DNA of 42,128 nt from Vulcanimicrobiales bacterium (GTDB lineage: Bacteria; Vulcanimicrobiota; Vulcanimicrobiia; Vulcanimicrobiales; Vulcanimicrobiaceae), in NCBI GenBank assembly GCA_038231455.1, contig JBBRLI010000026.1, positions 1 to 42,128 of the forward strand, read 5' to 3'. Position numbers and translations under genes: made by a program. The notes below the pieces were generated by a model. The model was not told where the DNA came from, did not search any database, and worked only from the letters and a program-made list of their open reading frames with translations. Below are positions 18,607 through 27,988 of the stretch, one piece after another (position 1 is the first letter of the stretch; every line of letters starts with the position of its first letter).

Positions 18607-19563
18607 TTAGTCTTTCGTCGAGAGTTTTCCGCGCATTGCCATGACGGCAGCGCCGACGGCGCCCGCGTCGTTGCCGAGTGTAGCCGTGACGATGCGGGTC
18701 GTTCCGCGCGGCGCCATCGTCGTTTTTTCATCCACGATCGGACGCACGGCATCGAGCATGAATTCACCGGCGCTTGCGACGCCGCCGCCGAGTGCGATCA
18801 ACTCGGGGTTCACAAATGCAACGATATTGGCAATACCAAGTGCGAGATCGGCGGTGTAATTTTTCCACGCCGCAAGCCCGTGACCGTCACCAGCCTGGGC
18901 GGCTTTGCGAATCGATTTCGAACCGAGTTTGTCCCGTGCGACGTCGAGCAACGCGCTTTTCGGGAACGATGAGGCAACGGCAAATGCGTGGCGGATGAGG
19001 CCCTGACCCGAGGCCTGCGCCTCAAAACAGCCGATCTTCCCGCAACCGCAGATGAAGCCGTCGGTCGGACGAATTTGATGGTGGCCAACCTCGCCTGCAG
19101 CCATCTGATCGCCTTGCAAGAGTTCGCCATCGGCGATGATGCCGCCGCCGATTCCGGTGCCCAGTGTCAGCAGCACGAAATTCTTCGAGCCCTTCCCTGC
19201 GCCGTAGGTGTATTCGCCAAGCGTTGCGCAGCGCGCGTCGTTCGCGATAAATACGGGCTGGGAAAACATCGCGCGCAATTTCTCGCCGAGCGGCACGTCG
19301 CGCCAGCCGAAATTCGGCGAGTAGCGGATCGTGCCGGTCTTGGGATCGATGTTGCCCGGCGAGCCGATACCGATGCCCACGAGATTCTTTTCTTTCGATG
19401 AATCGATCGCGCCGCCGATCGTCGTCTTGAGCGCGGCAAGCACCGCCTCGGGTGCGTGATCGTCGATGTCGTGTTCGTGTTTTGAAGAGAGCTCGCCGTT
19501 TTCATCAACGACGGCTGCCATCACGTGCGAACCGCCCAGATCGACGCCGATTGCTTTGCGCAC
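18607..19563 (-). CDS. ROK family sugar kinase (glucokinase-like)
   Basis: GVDLGGS, ANDARCATLGE, TLGTGIGGG, AGEVGH, CGCGKIGCFE, LGNDAGAVGAA. Confidence 0.92.
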   Translation of the reverse strand: MRKAIGVDLGGSHVMAAVVDENGELSSKHEHDIDDHAPEAVLAALKTTIGGAIDSSKEKNLVGIGIGSPGNIDPKTGTIRYSPNFGWRDVPLGEKLRAMFSQPVFIANDARCATLGEYTYGAGKGSKNFVLLTLGTGIGGGIIADGELLQGDQMAAGEVGHHQIRPTDGFICGCGKIGCFEAQASGQGLIRHAFAVASSFPKSALLDVARDKLGSKSIRKAAQAGDGHGLAAWKNYTADLALGIANIVAFVNPELIALGGGVASAGEFMLDAVRPIVDEKTTMAPRGTTRIVTATLGNDAGAVGAAVMAMRGKLSTKD

Positions 19564-20144
19564 TAGTTCGGCACGTCGATGACGTTCGATGCGCTGTTGA
19601 AGTCGCTAAAGAGCACGAAGGCCATGGCGCTATGGCAACGCACGAGCAAATACGAAGTCTTGTCGTAGTTGCAGACCGATACGCCCGTCTTTGCGGAGCC
19701 CACGCTCGAAGTGTAAGCGCCGACTTTCTTTCCATTGAAATCTTCGTCGGGCAGCGTCTTGACGACGATTTGGTCGATGTATTTCGTAGCATCGGTTTGC
19801 TTGAACATCGAAAAACCGCTGGGTATCCTCCGCCACTCGCCGCGGTTCATTTGGTTCCACGTTTGACCGTTTAGGACGACATTCTTCGAGGACACTCCGC
19901 TTATCTCGAGCACCACTTCCATTTTGTCGGGCAAGACCATCGTCGTCGTGATCATACCGCCGTGCAGACTCGCCGCAGCATCGCTCCCGGCCGGGGGCTG
20001 CATGGTGAATTTGAACGATTTCACACCTTGCCACGCCGAGGCGAGTTTCGCGTTGAGCGCGTCCGATTCGGGATCGGCACCCGCGGGAAGCCTCGAAAGC
20101 GTAAACACGGCAGCGAGTGCACAGAGGGCAAAACAACGCTTCAT
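19563..20144 (-). CDS. Hypothetical secreted protein (possibly LolA/LppX-like beta fold)
   Basis: AGGAAGG upstream; signal peptide MKRCFALCALAAVF; CNYDKTSYLLVRC motif; stop overlaps the ROK start. Confidence 0.65.
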   Translation of the reverse strand: MKRCFALCALAAVFTLSRLPAGADPESDALNAKLASAWQGVKSFKFTMQPPAGSDAAASLHGGMITTTMVLPDKMEVVLEISGVSSKNVVLNGQTWNQMNRGEWRRIPSGFSMFKQTDATKYIDQIVVKTLPDEDFNGKKVGAYTSSVGSAKTGVSVCNYDKTSYLLVRCHSAMAFVLFSDFNSASNVIDVPN

Positions 20145-20158
20145 GGTCGTGGGCCTTC

Positions 20159-20656
20159 CTACGGAGCGTACTTGGAATAACGAATGGTAACCGAGGGTCC
20201 AAAGCAGTCGACGACACGATAGGACGCGCGGTCGTAGAGACATTGGACGCGCACGGGCTCGAGGACTTCCGGCGAGCGGAACGTGGAGGCGAAAGCGCCG
20301 AATGTCGTGCCGTCCTGCACGCGGTCCGGCAACTTGGTTACGACGTGCCAGTCGCGAAACCCGCGATTGAATTCCAAGACGGGCGGACTATTCGGGTCGG
20401 TATGCGTCTGATTCTCCGCAACGGGTCGGTCGATCTCGAGGGCCGTTTTGGAGTACGTCGCGGTGAGGGTGCCTCGCGGCGAGACGGCGACCACGCGGAA
20501 CGCGGAGAGGTCGCGCATCGCTCGACGTATTTTATGCTGCAGCGATCGGGCTTCGATCGTGGCGCCATTTTTTTGCGCAACCGTAGAAGCGTGCGACTCA
20601 GCTCGCGCGGGCGGTGTCGTGCAGAGCACGGCGCCGAGGGTCACGAGCGCAAACAT
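20159..20656 (-). CDS. Hypothetical secreted protein, divergent paralog of the 19563-20144 gene
   Basis: Signal peptide MFALVTLGAVLCTTPPARA; CLYDRASYRVVDC motif. Confidence 0.55.
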   Translation of the reverse strand: MFALVTLGAVLCTTPPARAESHASTVAQKNGATIEARSLQHKIRRAMRDLSAFRVVAVSPRGTLTATYSKTALEIDRPVAENQTHTDPNSPPVLEFNRGFRDWHVVTKLPDRVQDGTTFGAFASTFRSPEVLEPVRVQCLYDRASYRVVDCFGPSVTIRYSKYAP

Positions 20657-20757
20657 GCGTCCAGACAAGCGATTACCTCTTCGCAAGGCGTTTCGGGTCG
20701 CGCAAGTGGCGCCCCTCGCGATGGGTCTGCACGCCCTCCGCACCGAAGGTTGGCTCC

Positions 20758-21438
20758 ATGCAAGAGACTATCGATCTCATCGTTCACCGCGAACTTCGCA
20801 ACCTCAAGAAATTCACGCGCGATACGGGGCAACCGACGCGGATCGACGAGCTCGATCTGACGCCGATGCAACACGTGCAAGAGATCGAGATTACCGAAGA
20901 ACACGTCACGATCAAATACAATGAAGAGATCAAGCGCAGCTACAACGCAAACGAGATCACGCATCGCGAATGGGTCTACAAATATAACGACGACCCCGAG
21001 ATGGTTGCCGCGATTGCCAAAGTGATCGAAGTCTCGCGCAAACATCTCTACGATTTGCCTGAAAACGTTGCTTGTCCGTCGGGCTGCGCGGAATGCTGCG
21101 GCGGCTACGAGCCCTTCGTCAATCACGGCGACGTGAAGAGGATCGCCGATCATTTCGGCTGGACGGTGCCAGAGGTCTTGACGACCTACGTGAACGAGCG
21201 TCCCTCGGCGGACGGCTTCGTTGCGGGCTGGCTCAAAAAAGTCGATGAAGATAGCGCCAGCAAGTGCGTGTTCCTCAAAGGCAGTAAGTCGGGCAAATTC
21301 TACTGCGGAATCTACGATGCGCGTCCCGATGACTGCCGCGCGTTCACGCCGATCGGCTGCCAAGACGTTGATGAGTCGCTCTCGTTTGGCGCCTATCCAA
21401 CGGGTCCGGCCTTCCAACCAAAGCACCCGAAGCGGTAA
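20758..21438 (+). CDS. YkgJ family cysteine-cluster (Fe-S/Zn) protein
   Basis: CPSGCAECC, CVFL, CGIYDARPDDCRAF; has an extra N-terminal domain. Confidence 0.85.
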   Translation: MQETIDLIVHRELRNLKKFTRDTGQPTRIDELDLTPMQHVQEIEITEEHVTIKYNEEIKRSYNANEITHREWVYKYNDDPEMVAAIAKVIEVSRKHLYDLPENVACPSGCAECCGGYEPFVNHGDVKRIADHFGWTVPEVLTTYVNERPSADGFVAGWLKKVDEDSASKCVFLKGSKSGKFYCGIYDARPDDCRAFTPIGCQDVDESLSFGAYPTGPAFQPKHPKR

Positions 21439-22968
21439 ATGACGTACGACGTCGCGATCGTCGGGGGCGGTCATAACGGTCTTGTAACCGCAGCGTACTG
21501 CGCGCGAGCCGGCTTACGCACCGTCGTACTCGAGCGTCGCTCGGTGCTCGGCGGCGCGGCGGTGAGCGAAGCGATATGGCCGGGTTACACCGTCTCGCTT
21601 GCATCGTACGTCTGCAGCCTGCTCGATCCGCAGATCGTAGTGGACCTGGATCTTGTGGCGCACGGCTATTCGGCGTATCGCAAAGACCCCGCGTCCTTTA
21701 CGCCGCTACCGGATGGACGTTCGCTCTTGCTTGGTCGCGATGATGAAGAGAACGCCCGTGAAGTCGGTCGTTTTGACGGACGCGACGTCGCGGGACTCGC
21801 GGCATTTGAAGCGGAGGCGGTGCGCCTGGGCGCACTTTTATTCGCGTCGTTCGCCGATCGCGAACCGTCGTTTGCGCGTTTTGACGACGCGACGCGCGCG
21901 ACGCTCGAAGGCTCGGCGGCAGATTTGGTCGAGCGTTACGTGCACACGCCGGTCCTAGCCGCGACGCTCGCAACCGACGGACTCATCGGAACGGCGGCAG
22001 GCCCGCGCGAACGCGGGACCGCCTACGTGCTCGCCCATCACTACGCCGGCCGCGCACTCGGTGCGCAGGGCGCATGGGGCTTCGTGCGCAGCGGAATGGG
22101 CGCGATCTCGCAAGCAGTCGCCGCGGCCGCGCGTGCCGCCGGCGCTGAACTTTTGACCGGTGCCGTCGTCGAGCGTATCGGCATGCGCGACGGGCGCGCC
22201 GCGACGATCGAACTGCGCGACGGACGCACGATCGAAGCGCGGTCGATCGCCAGCAACGCCGATCCGAAAACCACGTTTCTTCGGTTGCTCGATGCAAGCG
22301 ACGTGCCGACGGTAACGCGCGAGCGCGTTCAAGCGTGGCATTCGATGGGCGTCTCATGCAAACTGAATCTTGCCCTCGGCGAGCTCCCCAATTTCACCGC
22401 GCGTCCGGGGACGAACGTGCAATCGCACCATCGCGCGACGATTCACGTCGCGCCAACGGTCGATTATCTTCAAGCCGCCTACGATGACTGTGCGGCGCAC
22501 GGCATCTCGCGCGAACCGATGCTCGAGTGTTTCATGCAGACGCCGACCGATTCGAGCCTCGCACCGCCGGGCAAGCACATTCTCTCAATCTTCGCGCAGT
22601 ACTATCCGTACGACCGCACGGATCGTCCGTGGCAAGAAAGCGATCGCGCCGAGATCGCCGATCAGATTATCACCTTACTCGCACGCTATGCGCCCAATCT
22701 GCCCGGCGCAATCGAACACCGCAATATGATGGCGCCGCCGGATCTCGAATCGATCCTAGGCCTCGCCGGCGGACACATCTTCCACGGTGAGCTGCTGCCC
22801 GACCAAATCTACGAAAAGCGGTTTGGCGTGCGTACCGAGATCGACGGCTTGTACTTGTGCGGCTCGGGGACGCATCCGGGCGGTTGTGTGAGCGGATTCC
22901 CGGGCAGGCGTGCGGCGGAAGCGATGATCGCCGATCTGGCGTCGTCTATGAAAATGGTTTCCGTCTAA
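21439..22968 (+). CDS. Phytoene desaturase-like FAD oxidoreductase (COG1233, PYROXD2-like)
   Basis: DVAIVGGGHNGLVTAAY, LERRSVLGGAAVSE, DSSLAPPGKH, GGHIFHGE, LYLCGSGTHPGGCVSG. Confidence 0.9.
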   Translation: MTYDVAIVGGGHNGLVTAAYCARAGLRTVVLERRSVLGGAAVSEAIWPGYTVSLASYVCSLLDPQIVVDLDLVAHGYSAYRKDPASFTPLPDGRSLLLGRDDEENAREVGRFDGRDVAGLAAFEAEAVRLGALLFASFADREPSFARFDDATRATLEGSAADLVERYVHTPVLAATLATDGLIGTAAGPRERGTAYVLAHHYAGRALGAQGAWGFVRSGMGAISQAVAAAARAAGAELLTGAVVERIGMRDGRAATIELRDGRTIEARSIASNADPKTTFLRLLDASDVPTVTRERVQAWHSMGVSCKLNLALGELPNFTARPGTNVQSHHRATIHVAPTVDYLQAAYDDCAAHGISREPMLECFMQTPTDSSLAPPGKHILSIFAQYYPYDRTDRPWQESDRAEIADQIITLLARYAPNLPGAIEHRNMMAPPDLESILGLAGGHIFHGELLPDQIYEKRFGVRTEIDGLYLCGSGTHPGGCVSGFPGRRAAEAMIADLASSMKMVSV

Positions 22969-23011
22969 GACCAAGAACCCGCCGGAAATCTTAAGGGAGG
23001 TTTAACACCAC

Positions 23012-23428
23012 ATGAAGCGTCTTCTTCTGTCGCTCGGTCTTGCTGTTGCCGTAACCGCAACCGCCGCCAGCGCCGCAATGCATCCGGACCAATTCCGGCT
23101 CTCGGCCCAAAACGGGTCGGGTGAAACCGGGACCGCCACGCTGCTCCAGAGCACGGGCAACCCGGACGAGATTATCGTCCACGTTACCACGCGCGGCGGC
23201 GGCTCCGATCCGCAGCCAATTCACATCCATAAAGGCACCTGTGAAAAGCTCGATCCGAAGCCCGCGTTTCCGCTGACGGCCGTGATCGACGGTAGCTCGC
23301 AAACGAAGGTCAAAGGCATCACGCTCGCCCAGCTCGAGGCGGGCACCTACGCAATCAACATCCACAAATCGACCAAAGATGTCGCAACGTATGTTGCTTG
23401 CGGAAATCTCAAACTGGCCGCGAAGTAA
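23012..23428 (+). CDS. Secreted CHRD / Cu,Zn-SOD-like fold protein
   Basis: Signal peptide; QNGSGETGTATL, QPIHIHKGTC, AINIHKS, YVACGNL. Confidence 0.65.
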   Translation: MKRLLLSLGLAVAVTATAASAAMHPDQFRLSAQNGSGETGTATLLQSTGNPDEIIVHVTTRGGGSDPQPIHIHKGTCEKLDPKPAFPLTAVIDGSSQTKVKGITLAQLEAGTYAINIHKSTKDVATYVACGNLKLAAK

Positions 23429-23452
23429 CGCGCGACCGCAAAAACCCAATCG

Positions 23453-23488
23453 AACGGGCGTCGCGAAAGCGGCGTCCGTTTTCTTGTT
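23453..23488 (+). terminator. Rho-independent terminator
   Basis: AACGGGCGTCGC-GAAA-GCGGCGTCCGTT followed by TTCTTGTT. Confidence 0.8.
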
Positions 23489-23499
23489 AGGAGAGCACC

Positions 23500-24081
23500 G
23501 TGGACCACGTCTCGCGTTTTGGCGAACCCGATGAAGCGACGCTACCCGATGATATTCGAGAAATATACGAAACGAGCCGCACCAAGCTCGGCTTCGTCCC
23601 GAATGTTTTCCGAGCGTACGCAAAGCGTCCCGAGCACTTCCGCGCGTTTATGCATTATCACGACGTCCTGATGAAAGGCGAGAGCAATCTCACACGCGCC
23701 GAACGCGAAGCGATCGTGGTTGCCGTGTCGGCAGAAAACGAGTGTCAGTACTGCGTGACCTCACACAGCGCCGCGTTACGAATACTCGGTAAAGATCCGA
23801 TCCTCGCCGATCAAATCGCGATCAACTGGCAAACCGCGAATACGTCTCCTCGCCTGGACGCAATATTAACGTTCGCCTCGCGTGTGAACGAACGCGGCTT
23901 TGCCGCAAGCGATGAGGAGATCGAAGATCTTCGCAACTTCGGATTCAGCGACGATGACATTTGGGACATCGCATCAATCGCTGCGTTCTTCGGTTTCTCG
24001 AACCGAATGGCCGGCGCGCTCGACATGCGGCCTAACGCCGAATTCTACGCCATGGGCCGTATCGGACCCCAAGCAAAATGA
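23500..24081 (+). CDS. AhpD/CMD-family peroxidase-related enzyme
   Basis: AGGAG RBS; KLGFVPNVF, LTRAEREAIVVAVSAENECQYCVTSH, FGFSNRMA, PNAEFY. Confidence 0.9.
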   Translation: MDHVSRFGEPDEATLPDDIREIYETSRTKLGFVPNVFRAYAKRPEHFRAFMHYHDVLMKGESNLTRAEREAIVVAVSAENECQYCVTSHSAALRILGKDPILADQIAINWQTANTSPRLDAILTFASRVNERGFAASDEEIEDLRNFGFSDDDIWDIASIAAFFGFSNRMAGALDMRPNAEFYAMGRIGPQAK

Positions 24082-24240
24082 GGTTTGGCTTCGCTATCTT
24101 CTCGGAGGGTAGAAGCGGAACTTCGCTCATCGCGATGCGTATCGAAGGACGACCGTGGTGAAACGCTCCGAGATCGACGCTTTGGCTGCCGGTGCAGTCG
24201 GCGTCGCGGGTTTTATCCGCGGCGCCTAAGCAGCTCGGCG

Positions 24241-24843
24241 TTACGAAGTGGGCTTCGCTTTGTCGCAATCAAGATGGACGCGAAAACTCGGGTCGGCCAG
24301 CGGATAGTGAAACGGCAGAATGTTCGGATTGATAGCTTTCGGGTCGATTTCAATCAGCAATTTTTTCGGCACGATTCCCGGCGTGTCGAGAACCGTTTTT
24401 GCCGGATAGAATTTCAGCGAACCGTTCGCTGCGGCACCCGGCGGCACCGTCGCTTTGATGAACGCATTGTAGTCAGCGGTGTTCGAGCCGACCGTCTCGA
24501 CCGGTACGCTACTGTCGTCCGACATCACGAGGTTAATATTGCGACCGTACTCACCGCCGACGCCGGTATAGCTGACGATTTCCTGTTTGGCTGTGCCGTT
24601 GCGCAATTGGACGCGCACCGCATATCCCGCGTCCCCGCCGCCGTACGTGCCGCGTTCGAAGCCGAGAACCTTAAGCCGCCACACGCCGTCGAAAAGGAAC
24701 TGGTTCATGCAGCCCTCGACGCTGGTGCGCTGCATCGCGCCGCCTTGAGCGGGTTTCGGTGTCGGTTTCGCGGTCGTGGCGAGCGGCAGCAACGTCGCAG
24801 TGGCGAGCGTGAGAGCGGCGGCAAAGACGAATTGGTGCTTCAT
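24241..24843 (-). CDS. Hypothetical secreted protein
   Basis: Signal peptide MKHQFVFAAALTLA..; VEGCMNQFLFDGVWRLKV and PSFRVHLDC motifs; TACGCT -10 lies 7 nt before the ATG. Confidence 0.7.
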   Translation of the reverse strand: MKHQFVFAAALTLATATLLPLATTAKPTPKPAQGGAMQRTSVEGCMNQFLFDGVWRLKVLGFERGTYGGGDAGYAVRVQLRNGTAKQEIVSYTGVGGEYGRNINLVMSDDSSVPVETVGSNTADYNAFIKATVPPGAAANGSLKFYPAKTVLDTPGIVPKKLLIEIDPKAINPNILPFHYPLADPSFRVHLDCDKAKPTS

Positions 24844-24937
24844 GCCCGAAAGCGTAGCATCTGCTTGTCCGGGAAGCAACTGGTACGAACGCGACGACGA
24901 TCCAGCGCGATCCGTAACCAGAACGTAATCGACATTC

Positions 24938-25912
24938 TCAGTTGGTAAGAATCGCTGCGAACAGCGCGGGATCAACATTTCCACCGCTGATCGTTACGCC
25001 GACACGTTTGCCGCGGACGGAGACTTTCTCGAATAGCACGGCCGCAAGGCCCGCCGCTCCGCTTGGTTCGATGACGAGTTTGAGTCTTTCAAAAGCGAAG
25101 CGCATCGTTTCGCGCAGTTCGTCGTCGCTTACCGTGACCACGCCCGCGCACAACTTCTGAACGATTGGAAACGTCAGCACACCGGGCGCCGTCGTTTGCA
25201 TGCCGTCCGCGATCGTTACGGGCACGGCGATTTCAATCCGTTTGTTCGCTGCAAGTGATTGCACCCAGTCGTCGCCCGTTTCGGGCTCGACACCCCATAC
25301 CGCAATGCCGGGGGACATCGCGGTGGCTGCCGTCGCGCAGCCGCTGAGCAAACCGCCGCCGCCCGTGCAGACGAAGAGCATGTCCAGTGGACCCGTTTCT
25401 TCGATGAGCTCGAGAGCGGTCGTGCCTTGGCCCGCGATGATGCCTGCGTCGTCGAACGGGGAGATGAAGGCGGCGCCGGTGTCCGACGAGATGCCTTTAG
25501 CGATCGCTCCGCGGTCGTCGTTCATGCGATCGTACTCGACGACCGTTGCTCCGTATCCACGCGTCGCATCGAGTTTTGCCTTCGGCGCATCCGTCGGCAT
25601 CACGATCGTTGCCGGCATCCCGAGAATCTTCGCGGCGAGCGCCACGCCTTGCGCGTGATTGCCGCTCGAAAATGCAACGACGCCTTTGTGCCGGTCGGGC
25701 TCGGGGATTTGCGCGAGCCGGTTGTACGCTCCGCGAAACTTGAAGGCGCCCATGCGCTGCAAGTTTTCCGCTTTGAGGAAAATGGAAGCGCCGGTGCGCG
25801 CATCGAGAGTTCGCGAAGTGATCACCGGAGTCCGGTGCGCGACACCGCGTAATCGCTCCGCAGCGTCTTTGATATCTTGGAACGAGACGGCGAGCTGATC
25901 GACGGCGTTCAT
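24938..25912 (-). CDS. PLP-dependent threo-3-hydroxyaspartate ammonia-lyase / Ser-Thr dehydratase
   Basis: KAENLQRMGAFKFRGA, SSGNHAQG, GGGGLLSG, EPSGA, SGGNVD. Confidence 0.92.
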   Translation of the reverse strand: MNAVDQLAVSFQDIKDAAERLRGVAHRTPVITSRTLDARTGASIFLKAENLQRMGAFKFRGAYNRLAQIPEPDRHKGVVAFSSGNHAQGVALAAKILGMPATIVMPTDAPKAKLDATRGYGATVVEYDRMNDDRGAIAKGISSDTGAAFISPFDDAGIIAGQGTTALELIEETGPLDMLFVCTGGGGLLSGCATAATAMSPGIAVWGVEPETGDDWVQSLAANKRIEIAVPVTIADGMQTTAPGVLTFPIVQKLCAGVVTVSDDELRETMRFAFERLKLVIEPSGAAGLAAVLFEKVSVRGKRVGVTISGGNVDPALFAAILTN

Positions 25913-25916
25913 CCGA

Positions 25917-26336
25917 CTACTTTTTCACGACTTGTTCGTAGTTAAAGCCTTCGGCTTTGCCATCGAGATCGTATTTGAATCGCTCGCGTGCCGACCCGTG
26001 CTCGAACGTCAAGGCAAATGTGTGAACGCGCTCGGCCGATCCGGCGGGCGTATCCTCCTTGACCGATTTAACTTTGCCAAGCGGCGAAAGTGCATCGGAG
26101 GCAGCGCCCACACGCTGACGTGTCATCTGTTCGCGCGCCGTTGCATCGAAGTCTTTGGTGAGTGCGGCCATGTCGTTCTTCTGGATCGCGGTCGTGACTT
26201 CTTCGGCAGTCTTCTCGAACTTGTTCTCATGCGGTCCAAACGTCTTGAAGAGCACGTAAATTAAGAGCACGGCGACGACCGCGATGAGGATCGTGCGCTG
26301 GTTGGATTTGGCCGGGACTTGGGTCGGGCGCTGCAT
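25917..26336 (-). CDS. Hypothetical single-TM protein (DUF3887-like)
   Basis: TGATG coupling to the prfC stop; N-terminal TM segment; LGKVKSV..FEHG..DGKAEGF pattern. Confidence 0.6.
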   Translation of the reverse strand: MQRPTQVPAKSNQRTILIAVVAVLLIYVLFKTFGPHENKFEKTAEEVTTAIQKNDMAALTKDFDATAREQMTRQRVGAASDALSPLGKVKSVKEDTPAGSAERVHTFALTFEHGSARERFKYDLDGKAEGFNYEQVVKK

Positions 26337-27988
26337 CACGGCGAGATAGCCTCCGTCATAAGTTCTTTTGTACCAAAGGGCTCGAAGCGTAAGGTCGGAT
26401 TCCATTCCTCCGCGAGGCGCACGCTCCACTCGCTTTCGAAGAGCGCGAGGGGTTTACTCTCCCAGTCCTCGACGAGTTTCGCATTCGAAGGCATTTGCGC
26501 CGAGCCGACTTTTTCGAGATCGCCGCGAACGTGGCGTGCGAGGCCGAAATTCAACCGCGTGAATTGGGTTTTCACGTTGTACTCCGCCTCGAGACGATAT
26601 TGGACGACTTCGAATTGCAGTTCTCCAACCGCAGCGAAAATCGGTTCGCTGCGCTGGGTGTCGTTGTAGGGATACATCACTTGGATCGCGCCCTCTTCAC
26701 GGAGCTGCGCGATGCCTTTCTGAAACGACTTATACTGCGCGGTGTCGAGCGCGCGCACGAGCGAAAAGTGTTCGGGTTCGAAGGCTGGGATCGGATCGAA
26801 CGAAAGTGCCTCACCCTCGACAAGCGTGTCGCCGATTGCAAAGCTGCCCGGATTGGCAAGACCGACCACGTCGCCCGCAAAGGCGAGGTCGACCGATTCG
26901 CGATCGCTTGCGAAGAGTTTCATCGCGCGCGTGAGGCGCACGTCTTTTCCGGTGCGCATATTGCGCACCGTCATATCGCGTTCGAACTTGCCCGAGCACA
27001 CGCGCACGAACGCGATGCGGTCGCGATGGCGCGGATCCATGTTCGCTTGAATCTTGAACACGAAACCCGAGAAGTGATCGGTGTTCGGGTCGACCGGCGT
27101 GCGATCGAGATCGGGAACGGCGTGAATGGTGCCTGTGCCGTGATGCGCGAGGCGCGCCGTTGGCGTCGGCGCCATCTTCACGAACCCGTCAAGAAAGAGC
27201 TGGACGCCAAAATTCGTGACCGCAGAACCAAAGAACACGGGCGTTGCATCTCCGCGCAGCATCGCATCGCGATCGAACGCCGAGCCGGCGCCTTCGAGCA
27301 AATCGATCTGATCGATGAACGTGCTGTAGGTGCCCTCATCGGTGAGCGCTGCGATGCGCGGGTCGCGCACGTCGGTTACCGAGACGGGTGCCATCTTTGC
27401 TCCGTGCTGCGTGCGTTCGAAGAGATGGACTTCGTGCGAAATACGATCGTACACGCCGCGAAATTCGGGGCCCGAGCCGATCGGCCAGTTGATCGGAAAC
27501 GCGCCGATCCCGAGGACGTTCTCGAGTTCGTCGAGCAGTGCGAGCGGGTCTTGGCTCGGTCGATCGAGTTTGTTGATGAAGGTAAAGAGCGGAATGCGCC
27601 GCGCACGACAGATCGCAAACAACTTGCGCGTCTGCGGTTCTACGCCTTTAGCCGCGTCGATGAGCATGACGGCGCTATCGGCCGCGAGCAGCGTGCGATA
27701 CGTGTCCTCACCGAAGTCTTGGTGACCCGGAGTGTCCAGGAGATTGAGCGTCATCCCGTGATACGGAAATTGCAAGACCGTCGATGTGATCGAAATTCCG
27801 CGCTCTTTTTCCAGCTCCATCCAATCGGACGTGGCAGCGCGCGCACGTTTGCGGGCGGCAACTTGCCCCGCCGTGTTAATGGCTCCGCCGTAGAGCAAGA
27901 GCTTTTCGGTCAACGTCGTCTTGCCCGCGTCGGGATGCGAGATGATCGCAAACGTCCGACGCTTCGCGACTTCCTCGCGTAAATCCAT
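26336..27988 (-). CDS. prfC: Peptide chain release factor 3
   Basis: RRTFAIISHPDAGKTTLTEKLLLYGGAI, SDWMELEKERGISIT, DTPGHQDF, FKIQANMDPRHRDRIAF, AVGELQFEV. Confidence 0.97.
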   Translation of the reverse strand: MDLREEVAKRRTFAIISHPDAGKTTLTEKLLLYGGAINTAGQVAARKRARAATSDWMELEKERGISITSTVLQFPYHGMTLNLLDTPGHQDFGEDTYRTLLAADSAVMLIDAAKGVEPQTRKLFAICRARRIPLFTFINKLDRPSQDPLALLDELENVLGIGAFPINWPIGSGPEFRGVYDRISHEVHLFERTQHGAKMAPVSVTDVRDPRIAALTDEGTYSTFIDQIDLLEGAGSAFDRDAMLRGDATPVFFGSAVTNFGVQLFLDGFVKMAPTPTARLAHHGTGTIHAVPDLDRTPVDPNTDHFSGFVFKIQANMDPRHRDRIAFVRVCSGKFERDMTVRNMRTGKDVRLTRAMKLFASDRESVDLAFAGDVVGLANPGSFAIGDTLVEGEALSFDPIPAFEPEHFSLVRALDTAQYKSFQKGIAQLREEGAIQVMYPYNDTQRSEPIFAAVGELQFEVVQYRLEAEYNVKTQFTRLNFGLARHVRGDLEKVGSAQMPSNAKLVEDWESKPLALFESEWSVRLAEEWNPTLRFEPFGTKELMTEAISP

